From assembly GCA_041746255.1 (NCBI GenBank), contig JBGTHM010000080.1, forward strand, positions 1-26,996: a stretch of DNA of 26,996 bases, in the 5' to 3' direction. Positions 7,860 to 15,398 of the stretch are shown here, in pieces. The stretch comes from Fibrobacteria bacterium. GTDB lineage: Bacteria > Fibrobacterota > Fibrobacteria > UBA11236. The stretch's first letter is position 1; every line of letters starts with the position of its first letter. Under the pieces are notes generated by a model. That model was given only the letters and a program-made list of their open reading frames with translations, was not told where the DNA came from and did no database searches. A program made the position numbers and the translations under genes.

Positions 7860-9815
7860 CTAAATTCTTTCAGAGACGATATTGAGTTTATGCTTTTTCC
7901 CCTTAATCTTCGGGATACTCACCTTTAATTTGGATCCATCCAATATTACAGCTGTAAAATAATTTAAAGGATTAATTTTGATACTGATGCACCCATCGGC
8001 ATCTGAGATAGACCGTTCTTTCTCTGTACCATTTTCAAATATTTGTATTTGGCAATTTGGGATGGGAGTGTTAAAAGGCGTGCAATAACGAATCGTAATT
8101 TCTTTGAGAGCATCAAGATTAATTTGTCGGTCCGATTCCACCACCAATCCATCATAAAATGCGCACCCAAATCCCTCGGTCCGCCGCTCTCCCGCCTTCT
8201 TCACCTGCCCCTGGCACGGACCGGTATTCCCGCGCTTGCAGGGGTACTCCACCGGAAAGGTCTGGCTCGATTTCACCAACAATACCGTTACCCGCCGATT
8301 CGCCTCGCTCCTATCTTCCGTCACCTCTACCCGGTTGAACTCGCTGCAACCCATATGCGGCTGCCCGTCCACCTTGTCAAAATATTTCGCCTTCAAGCCC
8401 AGATCCTTGACTTCCGGCACTGCGTCGATAAACCCCGTAAACAACGCCTCACGCGTCTTCGGCCCCGCAATTCCATCGGCCTTAAGACCCTGCGACTCCT
8501 GAAACCCCTTCACCGCCCATTGCGTCTTCGGACCATCCAACCCGTCTATCGCACCTGGATCATGGTCCGCATGTTTCAGAAGCGACTGCGTCGCCGCCAG
8601 GCTCCAATTTTCCTCTTTATGCAATTCCTCCCACACGCTCGGATCGCCCATCAAAAACGCATATACCGAACGGGCTCGCCGTTCCGACAGCCCCTTGTTG
8701 TAAGCCTCCTTGCCCACCGCATCCGTATGCCCGAACAAGGCCATCTTACCGTCGGGATAACTCTTCCTCCATGCCCCGATTTTCTCGCACAACTCTTTCA
8801 ACTTCGGAATCTGGTCCGGATGCAGGAAACTCGAATCGAATCCGAAAGTCACGCCCACCACCACATGCGTGTCAATAAGCGGATCCGCCATCTTATCCAC
8901 CGACTTCACGCCTTCGGGCTTGGCCCCCGAATCCAGCGGCTCCGACAACGTATGTTTGGCCGTGAAAAAATATTCCACTTCTTTGGGCGCTTCACCATCC
9001 CCGCGATAGCGAGGCTTGAATACCGGCATCTTACAAGTCGCGCGACCATTTTCGGTGAACCCGTCGGCCTTGGCGATTTGCTCCGGGCCCTTCGGGGTCT
9101 TGGCGAAAAGCACGAACTGTACTCGCTTGAGGCTTTTATGCTCCTCCGGCAATTGGCATTCCACCGATAGCGTGGCCTCTTCGTTGAAACCCACTTCCGT
9201 CGAACCCCACACGGGATTTTGCAGCAAAACCTCAACCACCTTTTCTTCTGGTTGTGGCGCGGGTTCCGCGTCGCCGTAATCGGTTTCCTCTTTGGCTTCT
9301 TCTTTGCCCGTATCCTTCAGGCTATCCCAGAAAAGGATGTAACCTTCGTCATGCAGCCAGGTCACCTTGTCATAGACCATCGCCACACGCGCCTGCAGCA
9401 ATTTCCCGCCGTCGCCGCCAAGCCTACCCAGCCGCGCCCCGCGCATCAGCGTGCGCACTTGCGTCAGACGTACGTTCTCAAGCGTATAGAGAAACACCCG
9501 TTTTTCCTTCGGTTCCTCCTCGACGCTGCCTTCCACCAAATCCCACAGCGAAATTTCCACCAGGGGTAATGTGCCGCTATGGCACAGGCATTCCATCAAT
9601 GAGGGGTAGGCTTTGTCCAGGGGCAAGGAGGCGTAAAAAGGTTCGTGGAAGCGGAGGTGACGGGTGCCGGTAAAACCGTTGCTTCGCTGTCGCAAAATGC
9701 GCACGGAGTGCGCGCCTTCCAGCAGCGGATAGCAGTTCTCACGACCGGGCAGGTCGATGGGACCGGGTAGGAATCCATTGATTCCGGCAAGGCGGATGTA
9801 GGTTTTGAGCGGCAC
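7860..9815 (-). CDS. Hcp (TssD)-like domain fused to an OmpA-like domain with an inserted peptidoglycan-binding domain
   Basis: Residues 1-~165 follow the Hcp pattern (RFHEPF...LDKAYPSLMECL...VEISLW...YTLENVRLTQV...VAMVYDKVTWLH). OmpA_C motifs FGFDSS, GHTDAVG...YNKGLSERRA and NRRV. PG_binding_1 motif DPGAIDGLDGPKTQWAVKGFQESQGLKADGIAGPKTREAL. GTG start. Confidence 0.85.
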   Translation of the reverse strand: MPLKTYIRLAGINGFLPGPIDLPGRENCYPLLEGAHSVRILRQRSNGFTGTRHLRFHEPFYASLPLDKAYPSLMECLCHSGTLPLVEISLWDLVEGSVEEEPKEKRVFLYTLENVRLTQVRTLMRGARLGRLGGDGGKLLQARVAMVYDKVTWLHDEGYILFWDSLKDTGKEEAKEETDYGDAEPAPQPEEKVVEVLLQNPVWGSTEVGFNEEATLSVECQLPEEHKSLKRVQFVLFAKTPKGPEQIAKADGFTENGRATCKMPVFKPRYRGDGEAPKEVEYFFTAKHTLSEPLDSGAKPEGVKSVDKMADPLIDTHVVVGVTFGFDSSFLHPDQIPKLKELCEKIGAWRKSYPDGKMALFGHTDAVGKEAYNKGLSERRARSVYAFLMGDPSVWEELHKEENWSLAATQSLLKHADHDPGAIDGLDGPKTQWAVKGFQESQGLKADGIAGPKTREALFTGFIDAVPEVKDLGLKAKYFDKVDGQPHMGCSEFNRVEVTEDRSEANRRVTVLLVKSSQTFPVEYPCKRGNTGPCQGQVKKAGERRTEGFGCAFYDGLVVESDRQINLDALKEITIRYCTPFNTPIPNCQIQIFENGTEKERSISDADGCISIKINPLNYFTAVILDGSKLKVSIPKIKGKKHKLNIVSERI

Positions 9816-9958
9816 GGTTTATTCGCAGTATTGTGTTAGGGCAAAAAGATACTTTCAGGGTTTCGGCTTGGGTGACTTCGGTGATGGTGGTCACATGCAA
9901 GGGGTGGCGATACCCCCCATGAAAATCTGAAAAGGGGGAATATCCAAAATTTTCCGCT

Positions 9959-9984
9959 CGAACTTATCATTTATGCTAAGTTCG
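9959..9984. repeat. 26-bp imperfect palindrome, copy 2 (CGAACTTATCATTTATGCTAAGTTCG)
   Basis: Inverted counterpart of 6487-6512. Similarity extends a few bases outward (AATTTTTCCCTG vs AATTTACCCGG). Confidence 0.9.
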
Positions 9985-10277
9985 CCGGGTAAATTGGGTC
10001 GCACCGAATTTTATCCCAGGGCCCAGGTCACATGATGACCACCGTCAACAATTTTTCAGTTTGGCCACAAATACTTTTTCCAGGTACGCCCATTGCAGAC
10101 TTTTATCCCGAATCCGCTCAGTACCTGCTAATTGAAATGAAGCCCGAGGCCATATGGCCGTGAAACCATTCCAGCCCTATGACAGTAAGATATCAACTTT
10201 GGAACCAGTTTGAGGGAGAGGGAAATCATTCAGGCCTTCCGGAGAGATTTCACCTTCACGTCTCACTGGTGGCTGCC

Positions 10278-10496
10278 TTACCCCCCCGATTTCAATTCCC
10301 ACCCCGTCAGAATATCCAGCCCCTCTTCAACCTCCAGTAGCACATGTGCCAGGGCCGAAGCGTTACCCAGACCTGCTGTCCGGCTTTTATCGTATTCGCT
10401 GGTTAAAAGCTTTTCCAGCACCTCCAATTGTGAGCGGGTGAAGCCGATTTCCACGCTCGGATCCTCTTCCATACTGAATTGACGCAATGATGCCAC
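10278..10496 (-). CDS. Small hypothetical helical protein
   Basis: 72-aa ORF with a GTG start preceded by an AAAGGGAG ribosome-binding site. Amphipathic helical composition. Divergent from the kinase operon. Confidence 0.55.
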   Translation of the reverse strand: MASLRQFSMEEDPSVEIGFTRSQLEVLEKLLTSEYDKSRTAGLGNASALAHVLLEVEEGLDILTGWELKSGG

Positions 10497-10592
10497 TACC
10501 GACTCCCTTTCGCGTAGACGCGATTAAAACGCCCCCCGGATGGGTGGCTGTTGAGAAGGAATCTAATCTGATTAGTGGGGCGCGAGCAGGTA

Positions 10593-10633
10593 TGTAAGAA
10601 AAATGTATGAAAGCCTGTAATGAAAATGTATGA
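10593..10633. promoter_or_regulatory. Phased direct repeats, putative regulator binding sites
   Basis: TGTAAG (10593), TGTATG (10604), TGTAAT (10616) and TGTATG (10627) at 11-12-bp spacing. AAAATGTATGA is exact at 10600 and 10623. Lies between divergent genes. Confidence 0.5.
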
Positions 10634-10713
10634 TGACCGCCGTCACATTGCGCGTATCTTTTCCGTCATAGAATTAAGACTCGGTTCCTCGGATGGGAAC
10701 ATAGGAGATATGG

Positions 10714-11064
10714 ATGGCTATGACAAGGGAAGGCAAGGCGGAAAATTTTTTGAAAAACCTGGTCGAAAACCAAATGAATGATTTCAGGGAATTACGTGAC
10801 TTTGCGCCGAATCCAATCGTCAAAGGGTATTACGAACTCAAATTGCAAACCTTGGAATCCGCCATGCAGCGAATCAAATGCGACGTTTCCAATACTCGCA
10901 TTATCGAAACCTTTCAGGAATGCATTCAAGAATACCGCGATGAAATCAACCTCGGAATGAGCCGAAAAATCCTGGAACATTATGAAGACCGCATCGAAAC
11001 TTTACAATCGATACTCGACCGTTTTATCGGATTTTTAATGCAAACCGCCGAGGATGAAGAGTAA
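10714..11064 (+). CDS. Hypothetical helical protein with an internal duplication
   Basis: AGGAGA RBS. The stop overlaps the kinase start (TAATG). The two halves resemble each other (YYELKLQTLESAMQRI / HYEDRIETLQSILDRF). Confidence 0.75.
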   Translation: MAMTREGKAENFLKNLVENQMNDFRELRDFAPNPIVKGYYELKLQTLESAMQRIKCDVSNTRIIETFQECIQEYRDEINLGMSRKILEHYEDRIETLQSILDRFIGFLMQTAEDEE

Positions 11065-11948
11065 TGTTTCCTCTCTTCTGGGTAATCTTGCTTTTGTGCC
11101 TTTTGGTACCTGCATTGATTACCAATGTTATTTTGGCGAAGCGGCTGAAAGAGTCGCTAAAACAACGGAGTCGTTTAGAAAAGCGCCTCGACCGCGCCCT
11201 TTGCCGCACCCGCGAATATGCCCATTTACAGAGCCTGGGCAAGTCCACTTGCGGCTTGGTCCACGATCTTAAAAATCAACTTATGGCCGTATCCGGTCAT
11301 GCGGCCTTACTTTCTAAAACCGACCAGGTTGATAAGCGGGAGGCATTGGTTGAAAGGCTGAATGGTATTGTCTCTCGGGTCGAAAACTTCGCCAATAAAT
11401 TGCTGGAATTTTCCAAGTCCGTTTCTCTTCCGGATAAACACCCTTTGCGCCTAAGCGTACTTCTCCACCAATGTGTTGAATTGAATTTTCCCGGTCGCCA
11501 AGCCGACTTCCACTTTGGAGAGATTCCCGAAAATGAAGAATTAATGCAAGCGGATGCCTGCCAGCTCGACCGTGCATTCGCGAACCTCTTTCGCAATTGC
11601 CTGGAAGCCGGCGCCACCCGGGTCGAAATAGGACTTAAGGCCTCCCAGGGCAAAATACGCGTCTATATCGAAGACAATGGCCGCGGCTGCTCGCGAGAAG
11701 ATTTGCCAAGGTTGCCGATGGCTTTCTATACCACCAAAAAAAACCAGGGCGGTTCAGGCTTGGGATTAAGCGTGGCTCAGGACATCATCGAACGGCATTG
11801 TGGCGATATTCGGCTGTATTCCAAAAATTCCACGGGGGAAAACGAGACAGGCCTGATCCAGGTGGTACAATTTCAAATAGGGGACGAGACCCCTCCCTTG
11901 TCCCTCCCGCGGCGCAAGCGGAGTGATGGATACGTTCGTATGGTCTAG
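11064..11948 (+). CDS. Sensor histidine kinase (single N-terminal TM, HisKA + HATPase_c)
   Basis: H box GLVHDLKNQL, N box FANLFRNCLEA, G1 DNGRG, F box FYTTK, G2 GSGLGL. Confidence 0.93.
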   Translation: MFPLFWVILLLCLLVPALITNVILAKRLKESLKQRSRLEKRLDRALCRTREYAHLQSLGKSTCGLVHDLKNQLMAVSGHAALLSKTDQVDKREALVERLNGIVSRVENFANKLLEFSKSVSLPDKHPLRLSVLLHQCVELNFPGRQADFHFGEIPENEELMQADACQLDRAFANLFRNCLEAGATRVEIGLKASQGKIRVYIEDNGRGCSREDLPRLPMAFYTTKKNQGGSGLGLSVAQDIIERHCGDIRLYSKNSTGENETGLIQVVQFQIGDETPPLSLPRRKRSDGYVRMV

Positions 11949-11966
11949 CGCTACCCGCGCAACGGG

Positions 11967-12001
11967 GGCTCCTGGAGATCGAAAGGTTTCCGGGAGCCTT
12001 T
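11967..12001 (+). terminator. Intrinsic terminator-like hairpin after the kinase
   Basis: GGCTCCTGGAGATC-GAAA-GGTTTCCGGGAGCC: a 14-bp stem with G-U pairs that form on the + strand, followed by TTT. Lies between convergent genes. Confidence 0.65.
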
Positions 12002-12013
12002 CCTCACTTTAGG

Positions 12014-12703
12014 TCAGATTGCGCGAGAATGATCCTCAATTTTACGCCCCTTCGTCTCTTCGGCTGATTTATGCGTAAAGTTATTTTCCTTTAGGTTGAT
12101 AAATAGCGGGTGGAGCGTGTCATTAATGAAAGTTGAAAATATGGGCGGCAAATTTGGAAAGGGTTTTGCTCCATATTTTATTAAAGTCTTATCTTGCGAT
12201 GTCCGCGTGCCTAAGAGACCCACTAAAAATTCGTAATTAAGTTCCATTGCTAAAGTCCCCGAGGCTGATAATAGCCTACTCCCCAAAGTATGGTGTCTCC
12301 ATCGAGGCTCTGTAAACCATCGGCCGGCTTCCGCCACCTTTCCGAGATCCATACCAATTTCCTTCAAAGCCTGGGCGGCCACGCCAGGTGGGAAAGATGT
12401 AAAGAAGAAGGCTGATGGAAATTCCCCCAGCGGCGCCAATACCCGAACACACCCTGCAATTTGACCGTCTATTCTTCCCACGATATGGCTCGCCCATTCG
12501 TCTACTTCTTCCCAATCCCAATACTGATTGGGACCAATTTGAAAGTGCGGATGTCCGGTATATTCTAACAGCATCCTTCCCCGAAAATCCGAGAGCTCGG
12601 CCTTCCAAGGCTCCACGGGATTCCCAGCAGGTACCAAGGCTTTCTCTCCGGGTACATGGACTTCCCATACCAGGCTATCGGGCATCAATGATGGCATAGG
12701 CAT
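12014..12703 (-). CDS. GNAT-fold N-acyltransferase, LuxI/FeeM (acyl-homoserine-lactone or N-acyl amino acid synthase)-like
   Basis: Motifs LSDFRG, EEVDEWASHIV...IAGCVRVL and VAEAGRWF...RWR follow the LuxI/FeeM pattern. ATG at 12703 has a GAGGTG RBS and overlaps the upstream gene end. Confidence 0.7.
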   Translation of the reverse strand: MPMPSLMPDSLVWEVHVPGEKALVPAGNPVEPWKAELSDFRGRMLLEYTGHPHFQIGPNQYWDWEEVDEWASHIVGRIDGQIAGCVRVLAPLGEFPSAFFFTSFPPGVAAQALKEIGMDLGKVAEAGRWFTEPRWRHHTLGSRLLSASGTLAMELNYEFLVGLLGTRTSQDKTLIKYGAKPFPNLPPIFSTFINDTLHPLFINLKENNFTHKSAEETKGRKIEDHSRAI

Positions 12704-13364
12704 GTTTATCCACCTCTTCCAAAACCCCCGCCAGCATGATTCCATGCAACCGGCACGCGCAGCGAAGTCCGAATAACAGCGCTTCCCGGTCCGCTTCCGT
12801 GATTAGAATTTCCGAGAAATTCTTCTCCATCATTTGCGTATGGGCCGGATCCACCTGGGTATGCTCATTGACAAAGGACATGGCGTTCGACGGCACACCC
12901 ATTTTGACCAGCCCTTCCCCGATTTGGGAAGCGGCCGTGGCGGGCAGCATTTCCAAATGGTAGACATAACCCAAATAGCCCACCGGGTTGCGGAACAAAA
13001 TCTGGTAAACCGAAAAGGCCGTAAAGGCCTCGGTGGTTGGCAACGGCATTCCCTCCGGAATTCCGCTTACGTCTTCCCCCAAGGCCTGCAAATCGTCCAG
13101 GGCCAAGTGGTGATGGCCGAATTCGGCGGAGGCATGCCGCAGCACGCGTTTGAAAATGGCATCGTGTTCGGGATCCAGGTACGCGGCGAAAAGCGCGTAG
13201 GTTTTGGGATTTTCGCGGGTATTGTAATAAATCTCGCGTAGGAGAGCCTTATAGTGCTCCAAATCCAATTCGCCGGAAAACAGTTTGCGGAAGAATTCGG
13301 TGCGGTAGAGTTGCTGAACCTCCGATTCCCATTCCGCTCGAATAGAAGCGATATCGACTTTCAT
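12675..13364 (-). CDS. Heme-oxygenase-like diiron enzyme (iron-containing redox enzyme; PqqC/CADD/TenA fold)
   Basis: Candidate metal ligands HASAEFGH, YHLE and EHTQVDPAH (HxxxDxxH). All-helical, 229 aa, strong AAGGAAGGAG RBS. Confidence 0.85.
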   Translation of the reverse strand: MKVDIASIRAEWESEVQQLYRTEFFRKLFSGELDLEHYKALLREIYYNTRENPKTYALFAAYLDPEHDAIFKRVLRHASAEFGHHHLALDDLQALGEDVSGIPEGMPLPTTEAFTAFSVYQILFRNPVGYLGYVYHLEMLPATAASQIGEGLVKMGVPSNAMSFVNEHTQVDPAHTQMMEKNFSEILITEADREALLFGLRCACRLHGIMLAGVLEEVDKHAYAIIDAR

Positions 13365-13382
13365 GGTATGCTCCTTCCTTGC

Positions 13383-13433
13383 TCCTACTTATTAAAATAA
13401 GTGAAACAAATTCGAAATATGAGAAAAATCCCA
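13383..13433. repeat. 51-bp AT-rich direct repeat, copy 1 (upstream/promoter region of the diiron-enzyme operon)
   Basis: TCCTACTTATTAAAATAAGTGAAACAAATTCGAAATATGAGAAAAATCCCA. 48/51 identical to 19749-19799. Confidence 0.9.
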
Positions 13434-13772
13434 GTGGAAAAATGGGACGTAGGCGGGAGTAAATGGGTTTAGGAAAGGAGATGGGGGAGGGTCCTCCGTC
13501 TCAGGTAAAAAAATGTCCGCTTAACCTCCGGAGGCCAACCGGGGCGCCGAAAGCTACCTTGTATGCTTGGCTTGCAAGCGAAAGGTGCTTGGGCCGTGTG
13601 GACCCGAGTTCATCAGTCCCCCGGATGTATATACCACCCAGGCCAAAACTTCCGTAAGAATCAAAAGACCCGCAGCCATCCAGACGGAACGGCCGAGTCA
13701 CTGCGCCGATCGGCACGCATCATTGATCTTCCTGGCTTTAGAATGGGAAACTAATTTGTGGAAAAGTAGTAG

Positions 13773-14306
13773 ATGAAAATGGCTCACATTCGCAACCGAA
13801 TTTTATCCACGCTCGTGGCATCTTTGATTTGCCTTTGCTTTTCCATGGGGTGCACAGAGAACCAGCAGGAAAAAGGCGCGGCGAGCCATTTGGAGCAAGT
13901 GGAGCAATCCGAAGCGTCATCGGAAGTGGAGCTGGCGGTTAAAGCTTCTGCCAAAACCGTGGCCGACCAGGATACCGTGAAGGAAATTACTTTTGAATTC
14001 GAGGATTTGGGCCGTGAGAGGGGTGCAAGTCAAGTGCGGGCGGATGGAGATACCGTGTTCTTCGAAATCTATTACGCAAAAAGCAATTGTCGGGAATATG
14101 AGTATACTTTCAGGAAGGTTGGGGATTCTTTGATAGTTCTTCATCAAGACCTTGGTATAAGGATGAAGCACACGAGGGCTCATGCAATCAAAGGCGAGAT
14201 TCACGGCCTAAGAAGTGGAAATTACCTGTTCTTCTTAAAGGACATCTATGGAAAATACAATAAGGCACCTCGAGTTCTCTTCCAAGACAGCCTGGTTGTG
14301 AAATAA
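13773..14306 (+). CDS. Putative lipoprotein, paralog 1
   Basis: Lipoprotein signal (…CFSMG-C), low-complexity linker and beta-rich C-terminal domain. About 63% identical to paralog 2 by hand alignment. Confidence 0.85.
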   Translation: MKMAHIRNRILSTLVASLICLCFSMGCTENQQEKGAASHLEQVEQSEASSEVELAVKASAKTVADQDTVKEITFEFEDLGRERGASQVRADGDTVFFEIYYAKSNCREYEYTFRKVGDSLIVLHQDLGIRMKHTRAHAIKGEIHGLRSGNYLFFLKDIYGKYNKAPRVLFQDSLVVK

Positions 14307-14610
14307 ATTTCGGTCCGCTCGAATGCCGCCACCCTCCGTCTCAGGTAAAAATGTCCGCTTAACCTCCGGAGGCCAACCGGGGCACCGAAAGCTACCTTGT
14401 ATGCTTGGCTTGCAAGCGAAAAGTGCTTGGGCCGTGTGTACCCGAGCTCATCAGTCCCCCGGATGGATATACCACCTAGGCCAGAACTCCCGTAAGAATC
14501 AAAAGGCCCGCAGCCATCCAGGCGGAACGACCGAGTCACTGCGCCGATCGGTACGAATCATTGATCTTCCTGGCTTTAGAATGAGAAACTAATTTGTGGA
14601 AAAGTAGTAG

Positions 14611-15165
14611 ATGAAAATGGCTCACATTCGCAACCGACTTTTATCCACGCTCGTGGCATCTTTGGTCTGGCTTTTCCTTTCCATAGGTTGTACGCCGAAC
14701 CAGGAAGAAAAAGGTAGCGGGAGTCTCCCGGAAGATATTGAGCAGATTGAAGCTTCATCGGAATTGGAACCGGAAGTTAAAGTCCCTGCAAAAAGCACGA
14801 TCGAACAGGATAGTTTGGAGGAAATTACTTTTGAATTTCAGGATATGCGCCCGGAGGTGACCCAAAAGGGTTGGAAAAAGAGGCCCGATCAGTTGGTTGT
14901 CAGCGGGGATACAGTGTTCTTTGAAATCTACTACGGAAAAATGGCTTGCCGGGAATATGAGTACACTTTCAGAAAGGCCGGCGATACCCTAATAGTTCTT
15001 CATCAAGACCTGGATATGTGTAAGAAAACCATTGGTTCGTATGGAATCAAAGGCGAGATTCAGGGCCTAAAAAGTGGAAATTACTTTTTCTTCATAAATC
15101 GAATCCATGCAAGATACCATACGGCGCCGCGAGTTCTCTTCCAAGACAGCCTAGTTGTGAAATAA
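14611..15165 (+). CDS. Putative lipoprotein, paralog 2
   Basis: Lipoprotein signal (…FLSIG-C). Shares GDTVFFEIYY, CREYEYTFRK, LIVLHQDL and APRVLFQDSLVVK with paralog 1. Confidence 0.85.
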   Translation: MKMAHIRNRLLSTLVASLVWLFLSIGCTPNQEEKGSGSLPEDIEQIEASSELEPEVKVPAKSTIEQDSLEEITFEFQDMRPEVTQKGWKKRPDQLVVSGDTVFFEIYYGKMACREYEYTFRKAGDTLIVLHQDLDMCKKTIGSYGIKGEIQGLKSGNYFFFINRIHARYHTAPRVLFQDSLVVK

Positions 15166-15398
15166 ATTTCGGTCCGCTCGGTCTGGGTTTATGGGGTTTA
15201 TTTACGCATCGCTGAAAACTTCTCCGATGAGCGATGATTGATCCGCCGGGTCCTCCACTGGTTTTCGTAAAATACAATTCCCTCACAAACGAATTTCCGT
15301 TGACGCAGGCTGTGAAATATATTTTCTTGGTTCTGCGCCGGATATTACAAACGGATTTTTCTTAAATGCCGCATTTCGCGGCACCCATGAAAGGATGA

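Larger units (their letters stand above)
13493..15180 (+). repeat. Tandem duplication of an ~840-bp unit (280-bp leader + lipoprotein gene): 13493-14321 and 14333-15180
   Basis: Both units start CCTCCGTCTCAGGTAAAA and end GTTGTGAAATAAATTTCGGTCCGCTCG. The leaders differ by 14 substitutions and one 2-nt indel by hand count. Confidence 0.95.

Noticed and set aside
8043..9170. 375-aa plus-strand ORF
   Set aside because: Antisense shadow of the GC-rich Hcp-OmpA gene. Arg/Leu/His-rich with no motifs.
12014..12703. Assigning luxI
   Set aside because: The motifs fit the wider LuxI/FeeM GNAT group, the N-terminal LuxI signature is incomplete, and no luxR is nearby.
13463..13657. Plus-strand frame with HTH-like TGAPKATLYAWL in the leader
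   Set aside because: The 2-nt indel shifts the frame in copy 2 and both copies have an early stop. About half of the substitutions are silent in this frame, so a decayed gene is not excluded, but it cannot be called.
13501..14539. Similar minus-strand ORFs (13501-13716 and 14246-14539) in the duplicated leader
   Set aside because: The similarity follows from the DNA duplication. Many substitutions change amino acids, and start and stop positions differ between copies.
13493..15180. Diversity-generating retroelement, integron cassette array or CRISPR as explanation of the repeats
   Set aside because: No reverse transcriptase, integrase or cas gene. Differences are not adenine-specific. No attC-like RYYYAAC/GTTRRRY boundaries or repeat-spacer periodicity.
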